DNA of 64,000 nt from Chrysomallon squamiferum. Lineage: Eukaryota; Animalia; Mollusca. Each line of letters starts with the position of its first letter. Position 1 is the stretch's first letter. The notes below the pieces were generated by a model that was not told the DNA's origin, searched no databases, and was given only the letters and a program-made list of their open reading frames with translations. The translations under genes and the position numbers were made by a program. The stretch covers positions 7,502,001 to 7,566,000 of the forward strand of contig CM022678.1 in NCBI GenBank assembly GCA_012295275.1, in the 5' to 3' direction. Below are positions 15,445 through 28,131 of this stretch, piece by piece.

Positions 15445-17281
15445 CTGTATGTATGCATGTATGTATGTATTGCTGTTACAAATAGCTGCTATTGGAATGT
15501 TAATGTGTGTGTGTGTGTTTATATGAGTGTGTGTGTATATATATATATATATGTATGTATGTATGTATGTGTGTGTGTGTGTGTTAATGTGTGTGTGTGT
15601 GTGTTTATATTTCCATCTTTGTTTTCTATTTTACAGTCACAGCATACTTTTAAATTACCTTGCAACTTAAAAACAAGTTTTAATTATTAATCTGCATGTT
15701 ACAATTATTTATTAGTCAAGAATGTGACACTGTTCTTGACATAACCTGAAAACTGAAAGGATGCAGGTTCAAATCTCCTGAGGGTATTAACAGGCAATTT
15801 CCTTTGACAGTCAGTGATTCATGAACGAGTTTTTAAGCTGTATATGGGAAGGTTTATATGAAACTTCTCTTGCTGCTAACCAAATAATAATAACTCAAAA
15901 TAAATAACAACTAATAATTGCCAGCAACAGTTTCCTCTTTAACTAAGTGGGATCTTAACAATAGGTATGTGAATTTGTATAGACAGATTTTGAGGGTTTT
16001 ATTTTTTTTTATTTTTTTTATCTTTTAAAAAAAAAAAAAGATACTATATTTTTCTGTTGTTGCTTCCCTCTTTCGGATTAAGAAAAATGATCAACATATA
16101 ATGATCAAGTATTTCAAGGTGTCCCTTTTTTGTTTGTTTGTTTGTTTGTTTGTTTTTTTAAAAAGATATTATATCTTTCAGATGAAGAAAAATGATCCAC
16201 CCCGAAGTCCAAATCCGTTTGTTAAGTTTGGTAATGCAGAACAAGTTGACCTCGCCGATGTTATTAGGAATCGTCTGCGTAGTCTTGACCTCTACGACAC
16301 TGATGATGAAAGTGATGATGACATCGGTATGTGTTTAACTGTGTTACTCAAATAGAACTTTAAAATCTTTAGAGAGATAGAGACACACAAAGTTTTATTA
16401 ATTTCTTGTATTTCTTGCTAAGACAGTGTTTGGCTCATGATAAAACAATAAGCAATCTTAATTCTTTTTATAAAGAATAATAATTCAGATACTGTTTAAA
16501 AATCTTTCTTTTTTTTTTTTTTGTATTTTAATATACACAGTTTGTTTTTAATTTCTTGTACCCTCTGATACTGTTTAAATCTTAAAACAATAAATATGAA
16601 AAAATAAATTATTAATTTTTATATATAACATAAAACTTCAAATATTGTCTTTAAAATTTGTTTTCGTTTGTATCTTAAATATACAGTTTGTTTAATTAAT
16701 TTATTGTAAGCTTAAATTATCTTAAAATAAATATGTAAATAAAATTTAAAAATTATTTTTGTATAACATAAGACATAAATAGTACCTTTAAAATTTGTTT
16801 TTGTTTGTATCTCAATATTCAGAATAAATTAATAAAACAAACTCTGTATTAAAATATTAACAAATTTGCTTGTGAGCTATGATATTGTTTGAATCATCTT
16901 AAAACTATAAACATGAAGAAAAAAGAAAAATAGATTAGTTCTTTTCTTATAATAGTTTAGATATTGGCTTTAAACCTTGTTTTTGTGTTGAATCTTAATC
17001 TACTTGTACACTTTGACAGTTTGAAACAAGTTAAAACAGTAATTAATTAATTAATTAATTAATTCTTTTCATATCACATATCTATAACAACATCAGTGGA
17101 TAGATGTGTCATAACTGATTATTTGGTGTTATTTAATTCTTGAGTGATAGTGACTGATTTTTAATTTTGTTTTCTAGTTGATAAGCTAACCTAACATTTC
17201 ACTTAGATCTCCTCTTAGCTAAATTAGTTCAGAATTTGTGATAGAGATATTCTCTTGAAACACCAGAAATAGCATAATATT

Positions 17282-17328
<47 letters not shown>

Positions 17329-17476
17329 TTCATTTATTTATTTGTTCATTTTTTTTTTTTTTTATTTATACTGTTTACTCTTAACACTTTTTTTTATAAA
17401 GCAAAATGGTTATACATATTCTTATTTTGACATTTTAAAAATATTATTTTCCAGCTCATTTTCAATATTTAGTTTT

Positions 17477-17507
<31 letters not shown>

Positions 17508-19178
17508 TATTGTTTATCTTTAACTCTTCTTTTTAAAAGTAAAATGGTGATACACATTAATAATTTTGACACTTCAAAAATCAATTTTTTAAGCACAGTT
17601 CCAACATTTATTTATTTATACTGCTTACTTTTAACACTTTTTGAAAAGAAAAAAAATAAAACAGTTTCATTATACTGTTTTTTTTACTGTTAACACTTTT
17701 GGAGAAAAAAAAATGTAAAACACTTTCATGTTCTGACATTTTTAAAATGTTATGTTTTCAGCTCAGTTTCAACGCAGAAGCAGCAACATCTCCTACGTGG
17801 TCACAAACCCATCACCAAAACGAAAACTGAGAGTAGGAGACATCGTGTAAGTTAAAAATCTCAGTATTCCAGTTTTAAACACAATGATGTTACTAACCTC
17901 TAAAGCACCTTTAATTTCATCTCTGTAGCATTTCCCCCATCTTTATACAGCAATGGAGATAGTACAGAAAGTTATAACAGAAACTCTGATGTGTTGTGTG
18001 ACATTTTATGTGACATCGAGTGTGATTCTTGTTGTCTACTGCTGTCTTAGTTGACAGTTTTAAAATGTATACAGATGTTGTTCACTCTGATGGTGAAGGG
18101 TTTAATAAAAAATACTGAAGTGAAGGCTTTTATGTATTGTGATGTATAAAGGATGTGATGTCAAATAACTTGTGTGTAATTATTTCTATTCTTCTTTTTT
18201 TTATTTAATTTAATTTTTTTTTTTATTTTTTTTTTTTTTTTAATTTTTTTTATTTTTTTTTTTTGTTTGTTTGTTTGTTTGTTTATTTTATTTATTTTAT
18301 TTATTTTATTTTATTTTATTTTATTTTATTTATCTTTTTTTTTTTTTTTTTTGTTTGCTAGATATAGTGATGATGCATTCCAAGGATTATGAGAGATTTT
18401 CTTTTGAAAACAATTTATTTCAAGCTTGTATATTTATTATTATTATTATTATTATTTTTTTTTTTTTAAAACTCATTTATTAATTTAACATTCCAGTTAC
18501 GTGATACAGCCCAGCTCTATGAAAGCCATACCAACGAAACAACAGTGGCGGCCTCGCTCCCAGAGTTACAGTGGACCGTCCAAACCGGGCCTGGACGTGC
18601 AGGACTCAGCCAGACGGTCATCGGTCGACTGGTCAAACGTGCAGACAAAACGATTCTCTAAGGTCAGCGTAGCCACGCCGATATCAGAATCGAACCTGCT
18701 GAATGAGGACGAAGATAACAATGCTTTCGTGTCACCTGGTGCACAGAACCAGCAGGAGCAACTGAATTCAAAAGACGCTGATGTCCTGACCACTGGGGAA
18801 ACTGGAAAAGATTCTGTGGATGTGAATGAGAAAGACAGTGAAGAGAGGGATACTAATTCAGGAGAGAAGGGTGGAGAAGAAAGAGGGATGAATAAAGAAG
18901 AACGATCGAAAGATAGCGCTGACAGAAGACAGCAGCCTGATAAGAAAGAAAGACGGATGGGCGTGTATGAAGGACAGATGGGTAGGTACGAGGGACAGGG
19001 GGACAAAGCAGAAGGACAGAAGGATAACAGCAGCAAAGTAGAGACTGACAAGAGGGATAATGGTGAGGTGAAGGCAGACAAAAAGGATTCTGTGGACAAG
19101 AGAGAGGCAGAGGTTTCAGTGGTGAGAAGTCACCAAGGGAAGAAGTGTTTTGAAGTGAAACCAGTTGTTCTGTCCTGA
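1..19178 (+). CDS. KCNT: Slo2/Slack (KCNT1/2-like) potassium channel, 5'-partial, 17 exons in window (RCK1, RCK2, C-terminal tail)
   Basis: Hand-spliced exons, all GT-AG and phase-consistent: <1-98, 822-930, 1408-1516, 4686-4835, 6220-6419, 7192-7471, 8063-8168, 8844-9016, 10155-10226, 10688-10822, 11626-11737, 12845-12949, 13555-13638, 14698-14841, 16182-16326, 17762-17846, 18497-19178 (TGA). Translation has Slo2 hallmark strings: [112 protein letters not shown] and pore exons lie upstream of the window. Confidence 0.95.
822..930 (+). CDS. KCNT: KCNT-like exon ([36 protein letters not shown])
   Basis: Polypyrimidine tract plus TAG acceptor, GTGAGG donor, conserved Slo2 motif. Confidence 0.95.
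1408..1516 (+). CDS. KCNT: KCNT-like exon ([36 protein letters not shown])
   Basis: CAG acceptor, GTGAGT donor, conserved motif. Confidence 0.95.
1560..4685. repeat. Degenerate short-period tandem array (core about GAATGTCTATTTAAAACAG) filling KCNT intron
   Basis: Many variants of tctatt(t)taaa(a)ca(g); copies most similar at 4380-4685 with a period of roughly 40 bp. Confidence 0.75.
4686..4835 (+). CDS. KCNT: KCNT-like exon ([50 protein letters not shown])
   Basis: AACAG acceptor, GTTAGT donor, WQxxYGRxSGNExYHI motif. Confidence 0.93.
5640..6230. repeat. Degenerate ~170-200 bp tandem repeat containing copies of the 5' junction of exon 6220
   Basis: Repeated ctagctggaaggaag.cagatcattcc and tgttgctctgtcaaaatatctat blocks. 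Confidence 0.8.
6220..6419 (+). CDS. KCNT: KCNT-like exon ([10 protein letters not shown]...[28 protein letters not shown]...)
   Basis: TAG acceptor, GTCAGT donor, LLNPGP..CFY..TKEE motif. Confidence 0.93.
7192..7471 (+). CDS. KCNT: KCNT-like exon, variable RCK1-RCK2 linker
   Basis: Open GC-richer frame, CAG acceptor, GTAAGT donor, phase-compatible with both neighbours; little family conservation. Confidence 0.85.
8063..8168 (+). CDS. KCNT: KCNT-like exon ([35 protein letters not shown])
   Basis: Matches GxPPxxxYxGSxxxxCH...PFCCL; CAG acceptor, GTAAGT donor. Confidence 0.93.
8844..9016 (+). CDS. KCNT: KCNT-like exon (DCRHCNY...[24 protein letters not shown]...HPIILLLEE)
   Basis: RCK2 start; TAG acceptor, GTAACC donor. 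Confidence 0.93.
9031..9500. repeat. ~70-85 bp minisatellite (ccaatgaaatca...tgattggatagttaatgtttac)
   Basis: About 6 visible units. Confidence 0.85.
10155..10226 (+). CDS. KCNT: KCNT-like exon ([23 protein letters not shown])
   Basis: FLExIxxFPMVY motif; TAG acceptor, GTATTG donor. Confidence 0.92.
10688..10822 (+). CDS. KCNT: KCNT-like exon ([21 protein letters not shown]...[15 protein letters not shown])
   Basis: ADAxTxVxVQTxFR motif; TAG acceptor, GTAAAG donor. Confidence 0.93.
10866..11132. repeat. ~110 bp tandem repeat, about 2.4 units
   Basis: gtttaatgtcagtttatgtgaat.atcttgaaatg recurs near 10868, 10978 and 11088. Confidence 0.9.
11626..11737 (+). CDS. KCNT: KCNT-like exon ([37 protein letters not shown])
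   Basis: TELxxxxNMRFMQF motif; CAG acceptor, weak GTATTA donor. Confidence 0.92.
11738..12545. repeat. (TAT/TGT/CAT)n trinucleotide low-complexity array
   Basis: Read directly; source of the spurious poly-L/Y/I/N ORFs. Confidence 0.95.
12845..12949 (+). CDS. KCNT: KCNT-like exon ([35 protein letters not shown])
   Basis: Highly conserved Slo2 motif; CAG acceptor, GTAGAA donor. Confidence 0.95.
13555..13638 (+). CDS. KCNT: KCNT-like exon ([28 protein letters not shown])
   Basis: FVKxYxITxxRLLLG motif; CAG acceptor, GTAAGT donor. Confidence 0.94.
14698..14841 (+). CDS. KCNT: KCNT-like exon (IRVHK...[24 protein letters not shown]...)
   Basis: TYGxLxQxLC...EIPIxIYRTE motif; TAG acceptor, GTAAGT donor. 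Confidence 0.94.
15740..15970 (+). mobile_element. Decayed tRNA-derived SINE-like fragment
   Basis: B-box-like GGTTCAAATC near 15766; tgggaagg..tatgaaa..ctcttgctgctaacc is shared with 33055-33091 and, inverted, with 40825-40856. Confidence 0.5.
16182..16326 (+). CDS. KCNT: KCNT-like exon (MKKND...[17 protein letters not shown]...)
   Basis: Resembles Slo2 ELxxLVxNRMxxLGL segment; CAG acceptor, GTATGT donor. Confidence 0.88.
17365..17772. repeat. Degenerate ~110-140 bp tandem repeat spanning the acceptor of exon 17762
   Basis: Three units ending tccag|ctcattttcaa, taag|cacagttccaa and ttcag|ctcagtttcaa (real). Confidence 0.75.
17762..17846 (+). CDS. KCNT: KCNT-like exon ([28 protein letters not shown])
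   Basis: SYVxxNPxP...DIV motif; CAG acceptor, GTAAGT donor. Confidence 0.93.
18497..19178 (+). CDS. KCNT: KCNT-like terminal exon (YVIQPS... long charged disordered tail)
   Basis: CCAG acceptor continues DIV|YVI; same frame as ORF 18501-19178; ends at TGA. Confidence 0.9.
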
Positions 19179-21269
19179 TTTTTGTTCTCTCCTGATTTTC
19201 AAACCTATCCCAGTTTTCAAAAATCAAAACCCAGTCAGTCCTTTTAAATCTTCATAAACTCTTGGATGTATGTAATGCTTCATAAAAGTATTGTCATGAA
19301 AAGAAAATATTAAAAAAAGATGTTGTATACATATATCCATAAGTCATGTTTTTTTTTTGTTTTTTTTAACCAAACCGACACATTTTTAAATCTCTGATAG
19401 TTTTATGTACTGCTCGACACCACAATAAGTCCTTTTTATAAAAGTTTTAAAAAAATTTGACATTTCATGAGCCAAAGAACACTGTCTTTTAGTTTATATA
19501 AAATTTTATATAGGTGTAAAATGTTAACTTTTATCATTTTTATTCTTCACCAGAGTACCTTAGTTTACATTATGTGCCTAAAATCATGAGTTTGAAATAG
19601 TGTTAGAATGAAAATAAAGGTTATTTTTTTTTAATTCCTTACTTTCGACTAATCAGAATATATTGCCTGTTTAAAATATTTTTGAATTCCTGTTCTGCAG
19701 TTATAATCAACATGTATCAAAATTAATCCTGATACATTACATTTTATATTTTTTTGTTAACTTTTTCATACAGTGCCTTTCACTTTAAAAGTGCATCTGA
19801 GTATTTTAACTCTTAAAACTGCAAAGAGATCAGATGTCATTCTAACACTAAAAAAAATATACAGCTTTGATAGAAAGAGAAAAATGTGTTATATATATTT
19901 ACTGATATGTATAAAAAAAAAAAAACTGGTTGCTGATGTAGGAGAATAATCTATGGCTTTCAGAAAATAAGTGAAATGAAACAGTTCAGTTATTAAAAAA
20001 AAGGTTTTTACATAATTGTCAAAAAGATATAAATTCTAAATCTTAATATGGTCAAGAACAAACATTTTAATCAGTGTTTTTCAAAGCTTTGGTGAAAAAT
20101 ATTTCACCAAAACAAAGCTTAAATACAATGCTTATGAAACGTATCTTTGCAGTAATAAAATAGTAATGATGATGATAACTTTTATTATACTATCATACCC
20201 AAAGTTATTTTTCATTTTCAACTGTGAGAAAATTAAAACTGGATTTTTCTCCTATTAATTCTAGTCACTGATCTTATTCTACCTTTTTAAAATTATTTTC
20301 TTTTCTTAAATTAATTAATTTTTTTTATCCATTATACTCTTTCTACAGCACATTTGAATAAATCTCTTTCTTTCCATCCATTTCTGCTTAACACTGTTAT
20401 GTTGTCATTACTGTTACTACTACTACCACAACCTCTACTATTACTACTGCCACAGCTATTGCCATTACTCTATTTTCACTATCACTACAGCTACTCCTAT
20501 TCCTATTACCACTGCTACTACAACTATTAATACTATTACGATATTATTATCACTATTACTTAAATTATTCTATTAATGCTACAACTGCACTGTAACTATT
20601 ACTACTATCACTGCTACAACCACAGCTATTATTACTATTACTCTAATATTTTCACTGTTATATACTGCTGTAACTACTACTATTATTACTACTGTTACTA
20701 TTATTAAGTACTACAACCACTAATACTACCATTACCATTTCTACTGCTAATACTGCTACTACTACTGCCATCACCACTCTTAATCTTGTTTTATTAAGTC
20801 AGGAACATTCTCAATCAGCATCAAACCAAAACAAATTATTTGTTTTTACTTTTTTTTTCTTTAAAATGTCTTTAATGTTTCAAGTTGTGGGCATTTTTAT
20901 TTCTGTGACACAAGGTAAACAAAAAAAGTATATATTTGTTTTCTTTATAACAGTCCTTTTCTAATGTTATTCAGGATGTTTTTTTTTCCCAATTCAACCT
21001 CTTTACCAAGACCAGAAATAAATGTATTACTTCCTGGTATTTTCTTTTAACATGTTTATATGTATGCACACATTATGACTGAACTAACACATATTACTGA
21101 CACTCCTGCACAAAGAAATCACATTCTGTATTATAAAGATGTTAATGAAATATAGTGCAATTTTTATTGACCATGATAATGTACAAACAATGCACAGCTA
21201 ACTGAAAAGTTACCCTTGATACCAAGTATTCTCCTTCTGCTGTGTGAAGCATTGTCATAAACTGTACTC

Positions 21270-21930
21270 CAGTAGAAAGTATGTTTTGTTTAGATGAGTT
21301 CTGTGCAGTTTTCAAAGTTGCTTTAAAGTTCTTCGCTTTTTATTTCTTTATTGTAGATATGTTATAATTATTGTTATAAACAAAATTCCTTTTACTGAAG
21401 CCAGTGGAAAAGGTTGTGTGTTTAGATTAGTTCTGTACTGTTTTAAAGATACTTTATAGTTCTTAGGTTTTTAATTTCTTAATGTTTTTCTGCTATACAT
21501 ATGTTATTTTTTTGTTATAAACAAAATTCTGTTTACTGGTGTGTGCCAATGGAAAAGTTTGTATTGTTTAGAAGAGTTCTGTACAGTTTTAAAGATACTT
21601 TAAATATCTTATCTTTTTATTTCTTTCATTATTTTTTCTCCTATTGATATGTTATAATTATTGTTACAAACAAAATTCTGTTTACTGAAGCCAGTGGAGG
21701 AGAGTGTCTTGTTAACTGAGTTCTGTACAATTTTCAAGATACTTTGAAGTTCTTAGCATTTTTTTTATTTTTTTTTTTTTTTTTTTTCTCCTGTAGATAT
21801 GTTATAATTACTGTTATTCCGTTTACTGAAGCCTTTGGGAAATATATGTTGTTTAGCTGAATTCTGTATAGTTTCATGATACTTTAAATCCCTTAGCTTT
21901 ACATTTCTTCATTTTTCTCCTATAAATACG
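21270..21930. repeat. ~135-145 bp tandem repeat, about 5 units, in the probable KCNT 3' UTR
   Basis: Repeated gttctgtac..tttt.aagatacttt and tttactgaagcc blocks. Confidence 0.85.
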
Positions 21931-22844
21931 TAATTGTATTTTAGAAATATGTGCTTATATGGACAGACAAAAATATTTATGTACCAAAAATTTGCTTAGC
22001 AAAAATAACCATCCATAAATTTACCAGGCACAGATATGAAATCATATTTAAAAACAGCTACAGTTATTATTTAGCTGGAATATTTGTGACAAACTGGGCA
22101 TTTATAGTAAATAACAACAGCAAGAAAATATATTTTTTCAACGTAAAAACTAGATATTATGTCACTATGATGTGAGAGAGTGTATATCAAAAATCAAAAT
22201 TTTTGTGAATCAAAATGTATGGCATATAAAAAAAAAAAAAATCAAAATCAAAATCACATATTTTGATATTTCTGTTAATTATGTTACTATATTCACCATC
22301 CAGAATTAGATGTTGTCATATTGTAATTTTTTTTTTTTTTTTTTTTTCACACCCTGTAAATTTTGCTTTTATTATCAAACATTCCATTTTATATGACCTG
22401 TTCCATCCAAGACATTCCTTTTCCTAATTGTGATAGTAGCCTGATATGTTTAAACACCTGTGTTATCCATAACTTTACACCTTACAAACAATTATAAACT
22501 AAATCAAAATATAGTTTACCTACAAGTTAATCAAACTATTCATTAATAAAAACTTTCTCTGTTGGAGTAATTTTGTATTGTAATCTTTTACACTGAATGA
22601 GATCTTTATAATACCAACATAAGAATAATTCAAATAATTTCTTCAGAGTTATGTATTAATGATCTTAAATGATATTTCTGTGTAGTATGCTAAGTCCTAG
22701 AACCTAAAATTCAAATTTCAGGCTTATTTGGATGTTTAAAATAATATATATATTTTTTTGAAAATTAAATAACGTGACTAGATACACTATTCAGTTTTCT
22801 CAATTTTCGTTCTTTATTAATTCATTATTTTAAAAAAAAATCTG

Positions 22845-22877
<33 letters not shown>

Positions 22878-24078
22878 CTTTTATTTTTTTAAGCTTAATG
22901 CCACTATCAAATTATTGAAACTTTGTTTTAAATGTTTATCATCCAGTATTGTTTCATTTTATTCTTAAATAATATTTTTAATTTCTTTTACTACATTATT
23001 ACATGAAACAAACTTGAAAAGAAATATATATATCTTACCTTATTTTTATCATTTAACCGTTTTAAATTTTTCATGCCTGAGTTTGTGTTATCATAAATCT
23101 ATTTTCCACAATACTTCATGTGGAAACCGTTTTATTTAGCATTTTTATTATTATTAACTTATTCTTTTCTTTTCTTTTATTATATTATATTTTTATTTTA
23201 TTTATTTTTTTTTTTAAATCATTATTTTATCTTATATATACAGATTCTTAAACATATATATTTCTTGCACATAGTTATTTGCACCATTCCTATCAATATA
23301 CCAATGAGGCAAAAAAGTTAATTATGAACTAGTATTTTCAAAAGAAGGTTTTATCAAATTAATCAAGTAAAAAAAATAATAATAAAAAAATTAAATTAAT
23401 TGTGTATGTTAAATAAAAGTGTTTTATGTGTTATTTCTGTTAAACCATGATTTTTTACATAATTACATTTCTAATGTTTTCTTTTTATTGTTTGCTAGTT
23501 TTATGTTAGTGTTAAAATGTTTTAACATTGATAATGTTAACTATAAATCAGGGTGACCAAATATTTTTATCATTATAATTGTGATTTCATTGAAATTGAA
23601 TGACTGGAAAAAAATGTACATTTTTTGCATTTTGATTAAAAAATGTTTTTTAATACCTTGTTTTATATCTTAATATTTTAATTAATTATTTATTTATTTA
23701 TTTTTAATTATTATAATTATTATTATTATTATTATTATTATTATTTTTATTTATTTATTTTCGTTAAAATATTTTGTTATAAATTTTTATTGGTTTACTT
23801 AATAAATTATAAAGTAATTTTGTCTTGTAACCATGATAAAAAAAAAGAAAAATACCATTTGTGTCATACTTACAGACACTAGTAATCTTCAGTAATTAAC
23901 GAGTTAACTACCTTGTTTCAGAATATTTAATGTACCTTTATATATTATTGTGCGAATGTGACGAATGTGTTAAATCAAAAGGAAGCAAGTGAATTGAAGC
24001 TAATGAAAATTGTTAGATTTACAGAAGTAACTTCAGTCAGTATTAAAAAGAAAAAACTAATTTCTTTATATATATTTT

Positions 24079-24157
<79 letters not shown>

Positions 24158-24499
24158 AGAGATTCTTTTCCCCCTTTTTTACTGAAAAGTTTACTGTCAT
24201 TGTTGTGTAGTTTGTAAATACTATAACACTAAGGGAGGTCACTCTTGTTGACATATAAATGCTCTCTAAAGATAATTTATAAGCTTAAGCGAAATCAGTT
24301 TTAACTAAAGTCAGTGTTTCGTTCAACTTTCAAACTGATCAGAATACACGTGTATATATATATATATATATATAATTTTTAAATTCAAAATAATTTTTTA
24401 ATTTTTAAATTTTAAAAATTTTTCATTGATTCATTGAATGATTATAAAATGATGATTCATTGATTCATTGAATGATGATGATGATGATTATTATGATGA

Positions 24500-24550
<51 letters not shown>

Positions 24551-24778
24551 TGAAACAAAAAACATTTAAATTTACTTACCTTATCGTAGATCCCCAGTTG
24601 CATAATCCTAAGTATCCAAAACATTTTTAAAAAAAAAAAAAAAAAAAAAAAAGAAACAGAAACAGAACGTAAATAATTCCTTCTTAATCTAATAACGTGT
24701 TGCTAAGGCCCTCTTTGGCAACGACGTTATGGCGGCTATTTATACTGGTGTTAAATCAAAAGCGTTATTCAGATGACT

Positions 24779-24834
<56 letters not shown>

Positions 24835-25248
24835 AAACAAAATAATAATGGATGGCACAGTCGTAGTTTCTTTGGCAGCAACAGAATTACGTCAAAGTGT
24901 TCGTTTATTGTTCCGGATCCGTAAAAATATCTACTATTTTAGCTAGATTGCGAAATATTGGATTGTTTCCGTGAAAATTCGTCATTGCTTCAGATCCGGT
25001 CAACCGCAGAAATATTCCCCACTACAAGTTCTGGACAAAACTTAGATTCCTGAAAATAATTATTTTGCTAAATATAAATAAGACAATCTATATCTATATC
25101 TGTATGTAAAATACAAATGAAACAGATTGATTAACAACATCTGCCTCAATACTTAACATGTTAATAATGTAGCAGACAAAAATAATTAAGTACAAAATCA
25201 TAAAAACAGGTACACACAGTATTTTTAAAAAATTAAATTTAAATTTAA

Positions 25249-25287
<39 letters not shown>

Positions 25288-25614
25288 TGAAGTTAAAAAA
25301 GAAAAACAAAAGAAGAAAAATAAAGTATGTAGGCCTGTACTGGTATGTATGTATCTATGTATGTAGTAGATATGTAAGAAGACGGTATCATGAACAATTA
25401 TTTTAATAATTATCTACCATTTGTTGCTTTGAGCTAAGATTTTTAAGGCCGAGTGTACATGATAGGGGCAGTCCTCCTATAGAAATTTTGTTACATGCAT
25501 TAAGGTGATCTCAGTTTAATACCAAGAATTATCGCTCAATTTCAGAACATAAATATATTACAAAAATTATTTTTCTTTTTGATTTGTTTCGTTTATTTAC
25601 AATTTATGTGTAGA

Positions 25615-25651
<37 letters not shown>

Positions 25652-28131
25652 AAGGGGAAAAAATAGATTAAAAATTACAGCGGAACAAAAAAGTAAGAAA
25701 TCGGTGTAGTTAGCAAATTAACATAATTTATGTTTCCTTTTGACATTACTAATTATAATAATTTATGCACACTTCAATTTTTTATAAGTTAATATACAGT
25801 TAGAGTTATTTGGAGAGAATTAAATTGTTTTATTATTTATTTATTTCATATGTAACGCTCCCCTCTCCAAGAAAAAGCACCATGTGGACTGGTAGGTCTA
25901 AGAATAAGAAAAATTATGTTATAATACTAGAACGGTCAGTTACGGATCAAACACTATGTTAAACGATTGTTAAAACTCATCCATTAGAAGCCAGCACAAC
26001 GTGTTGAGCAATGAAGAACAATGCTTCGTCTTTTACATGGTCGCAAGGGAACTTCTTAATTAAAAGGCAAGTATTTTGCTTTTCCCAAATTTTTCCCATT
26101 GTTTTGGCTAATTTGGAAGGGCAGATGCGTCTCTGAAGCGTAAAACTCTGTTTTTAAATTTATTGTTCTTTTTAAAGGAATTTCGACGCTATTTGCAAAA
26201 ATAACACTGTTCCCAATACTTATATTATGAACTATCCCAAAAGTCAGGAGAAGTATAAATAATAATATTTATAGCTTCGTTCTTCATGCAACGAAATTAC
26301 TAGTTTTGATTTTTATCTATTAAATTAGGCAAGTGGCAGTCCTCTTGTAGGCGAAGAGGCTAAATGAGGAATTATGTTACACTTTTTTCTTTTTTGTAAA
26401 AAGGGATCCTGAACTGTGATTTTCAAATATAATATTTAAATTAAAGTAAATTTAAGGTAGCTCTAGAGTGATGCTATGAAACATTCTCTGTAAGTATCAC
26501 GCACTTATTTCCGATGAAAAATGACTGCAATGATACTATAGGATATCCAGTATGTACTGTCAGTGTTTCTCTGTAAATTATTTGTGCAAGGTTCATGAGA
26601 GGAAAGAAAATATGCAAAAGTGCTATTTTTTTGGCATTACTATATTTTAATTACTACAGTGAGCATTAATTATAATGTTCGTCATCTAGAACTGTAATTA
26701 ATAAGTCGCACTATTTCGGCCTACGTCCTTTTTTTTTTCTTCTCAAAAATGTAATTCTTATGTAATCAATCGATTGAAACTTGTCGATTGTATTGTGTAT
26801 TATGCCATTGTTTGATACAGTTCCAGTTCTGATTTTTATTTTAGGTTTACTTTGATTAATTTCGTTGTAATAAAATTCCAACTTTTATATCGTATTTATT
26901 TATATCAGATGTAATTTTTAAAAGAAAGATAGAGAAAAATCTCGGATTGTGTGGAAAAAAGAAATTATAATTTCATGATTATTGTATAGGAGTGATTACT
27001 CATTTGTTATATGCTTCTAACTGTATTTCATTTATGTGGGTTGGTGGCGGGGTTGTTGTTTATCCCGCAATCGGCGGACGGTCATAATGTCTGCTATTCA
27101 AACTACGTACAGATTTACTTTCTTTTAAATTTGTAGTAGTAGTAGTAGTAGTAGTAGTAATAGTAGTATTGACGAAATATTCTTTCCACATCAGTTTCCT
27201 CCAAAACATTCTTGTTCTGTGATTTGAAGTTTTAAAATGACTTAAATATTAATATAAGGTTCAATTCTGGCATTTCCTAACACAGAAAATAATGTATCAT
27301 TTTCCAGTATACTCTTTATTATATATTAAAATATTTTCTTTAATGACTTTATCATTATTGTCATTAGTTTAAATACAAAAATAAATTTTCTTAGATTGTC
27401 TCTCACGAAATAATAATCCATTGGATTTTATCACTCTTGTGCAGTATTTGAATTTAATACGGTTCTTTTGTCCAATCTTACCTCTTTTTTTTTTTCTTTT
27501 TTCGTCTCTTTAATGCACAAATGTATATGTAGATTATGAATCATTTTGTGTTATCACATTTCTAATTCAAGTTAAAACTTTTCACATTTTAACACTCTTC
27601 TCCCTCGAATGATTGTAGTGACATTATTTTGCACGATTCTTTCTGTATGACATACCAAATGTTTAGCATTTCTAATATATCAATAATTATTCCACTCTGA
27701 CGAATACAGTTTGTAAGCAAGCTGTCTCATGCCTCCAGGGGTAAAATATATAATCCATAAAATATCAAAGATAATGGCTGCCTTTCATAATTCCGAACGG
27801 TTTACATTTCTAAATGAATACCATGAATAATGTTTTTTAATCACATTTTGTAACACCTTCGGTACGAGAGAATAATTGGATCAAATCTTGAGCACTCCGG
27901 AATTTACCTAAGACCAAATTAGTTAATTTTTAAAGTATTATCCTTCAAAAAATCCGTGAGTATGTTTTGTATTCACAATGAAAACCCGAAATCACAACGC
28001 TGTCTAACTGTCTCTCCTTCACAAGGTAACCGGTTTTTTATGCATTAGTTACCCAAGATGCTTTCTGCATTTCAGCTTTATGTTCTTAAGTGTTATTTGT
28101 AAATTATTTAAATCAGTTCAAGTTTGCAGAC

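Noticed and set aside
15636-15690. Possible extra KCNT exon after ttttacag
   Set aside because: Reaches a stop with no good donor; exons ending 14841 and starting 16182 already join in frame.
18566-19227. Antisense ORFs over the last KCNT exon, and similar ones at 7149-7418 and 28847-29325
   Set aside because: Shadow frames of real coding exons.
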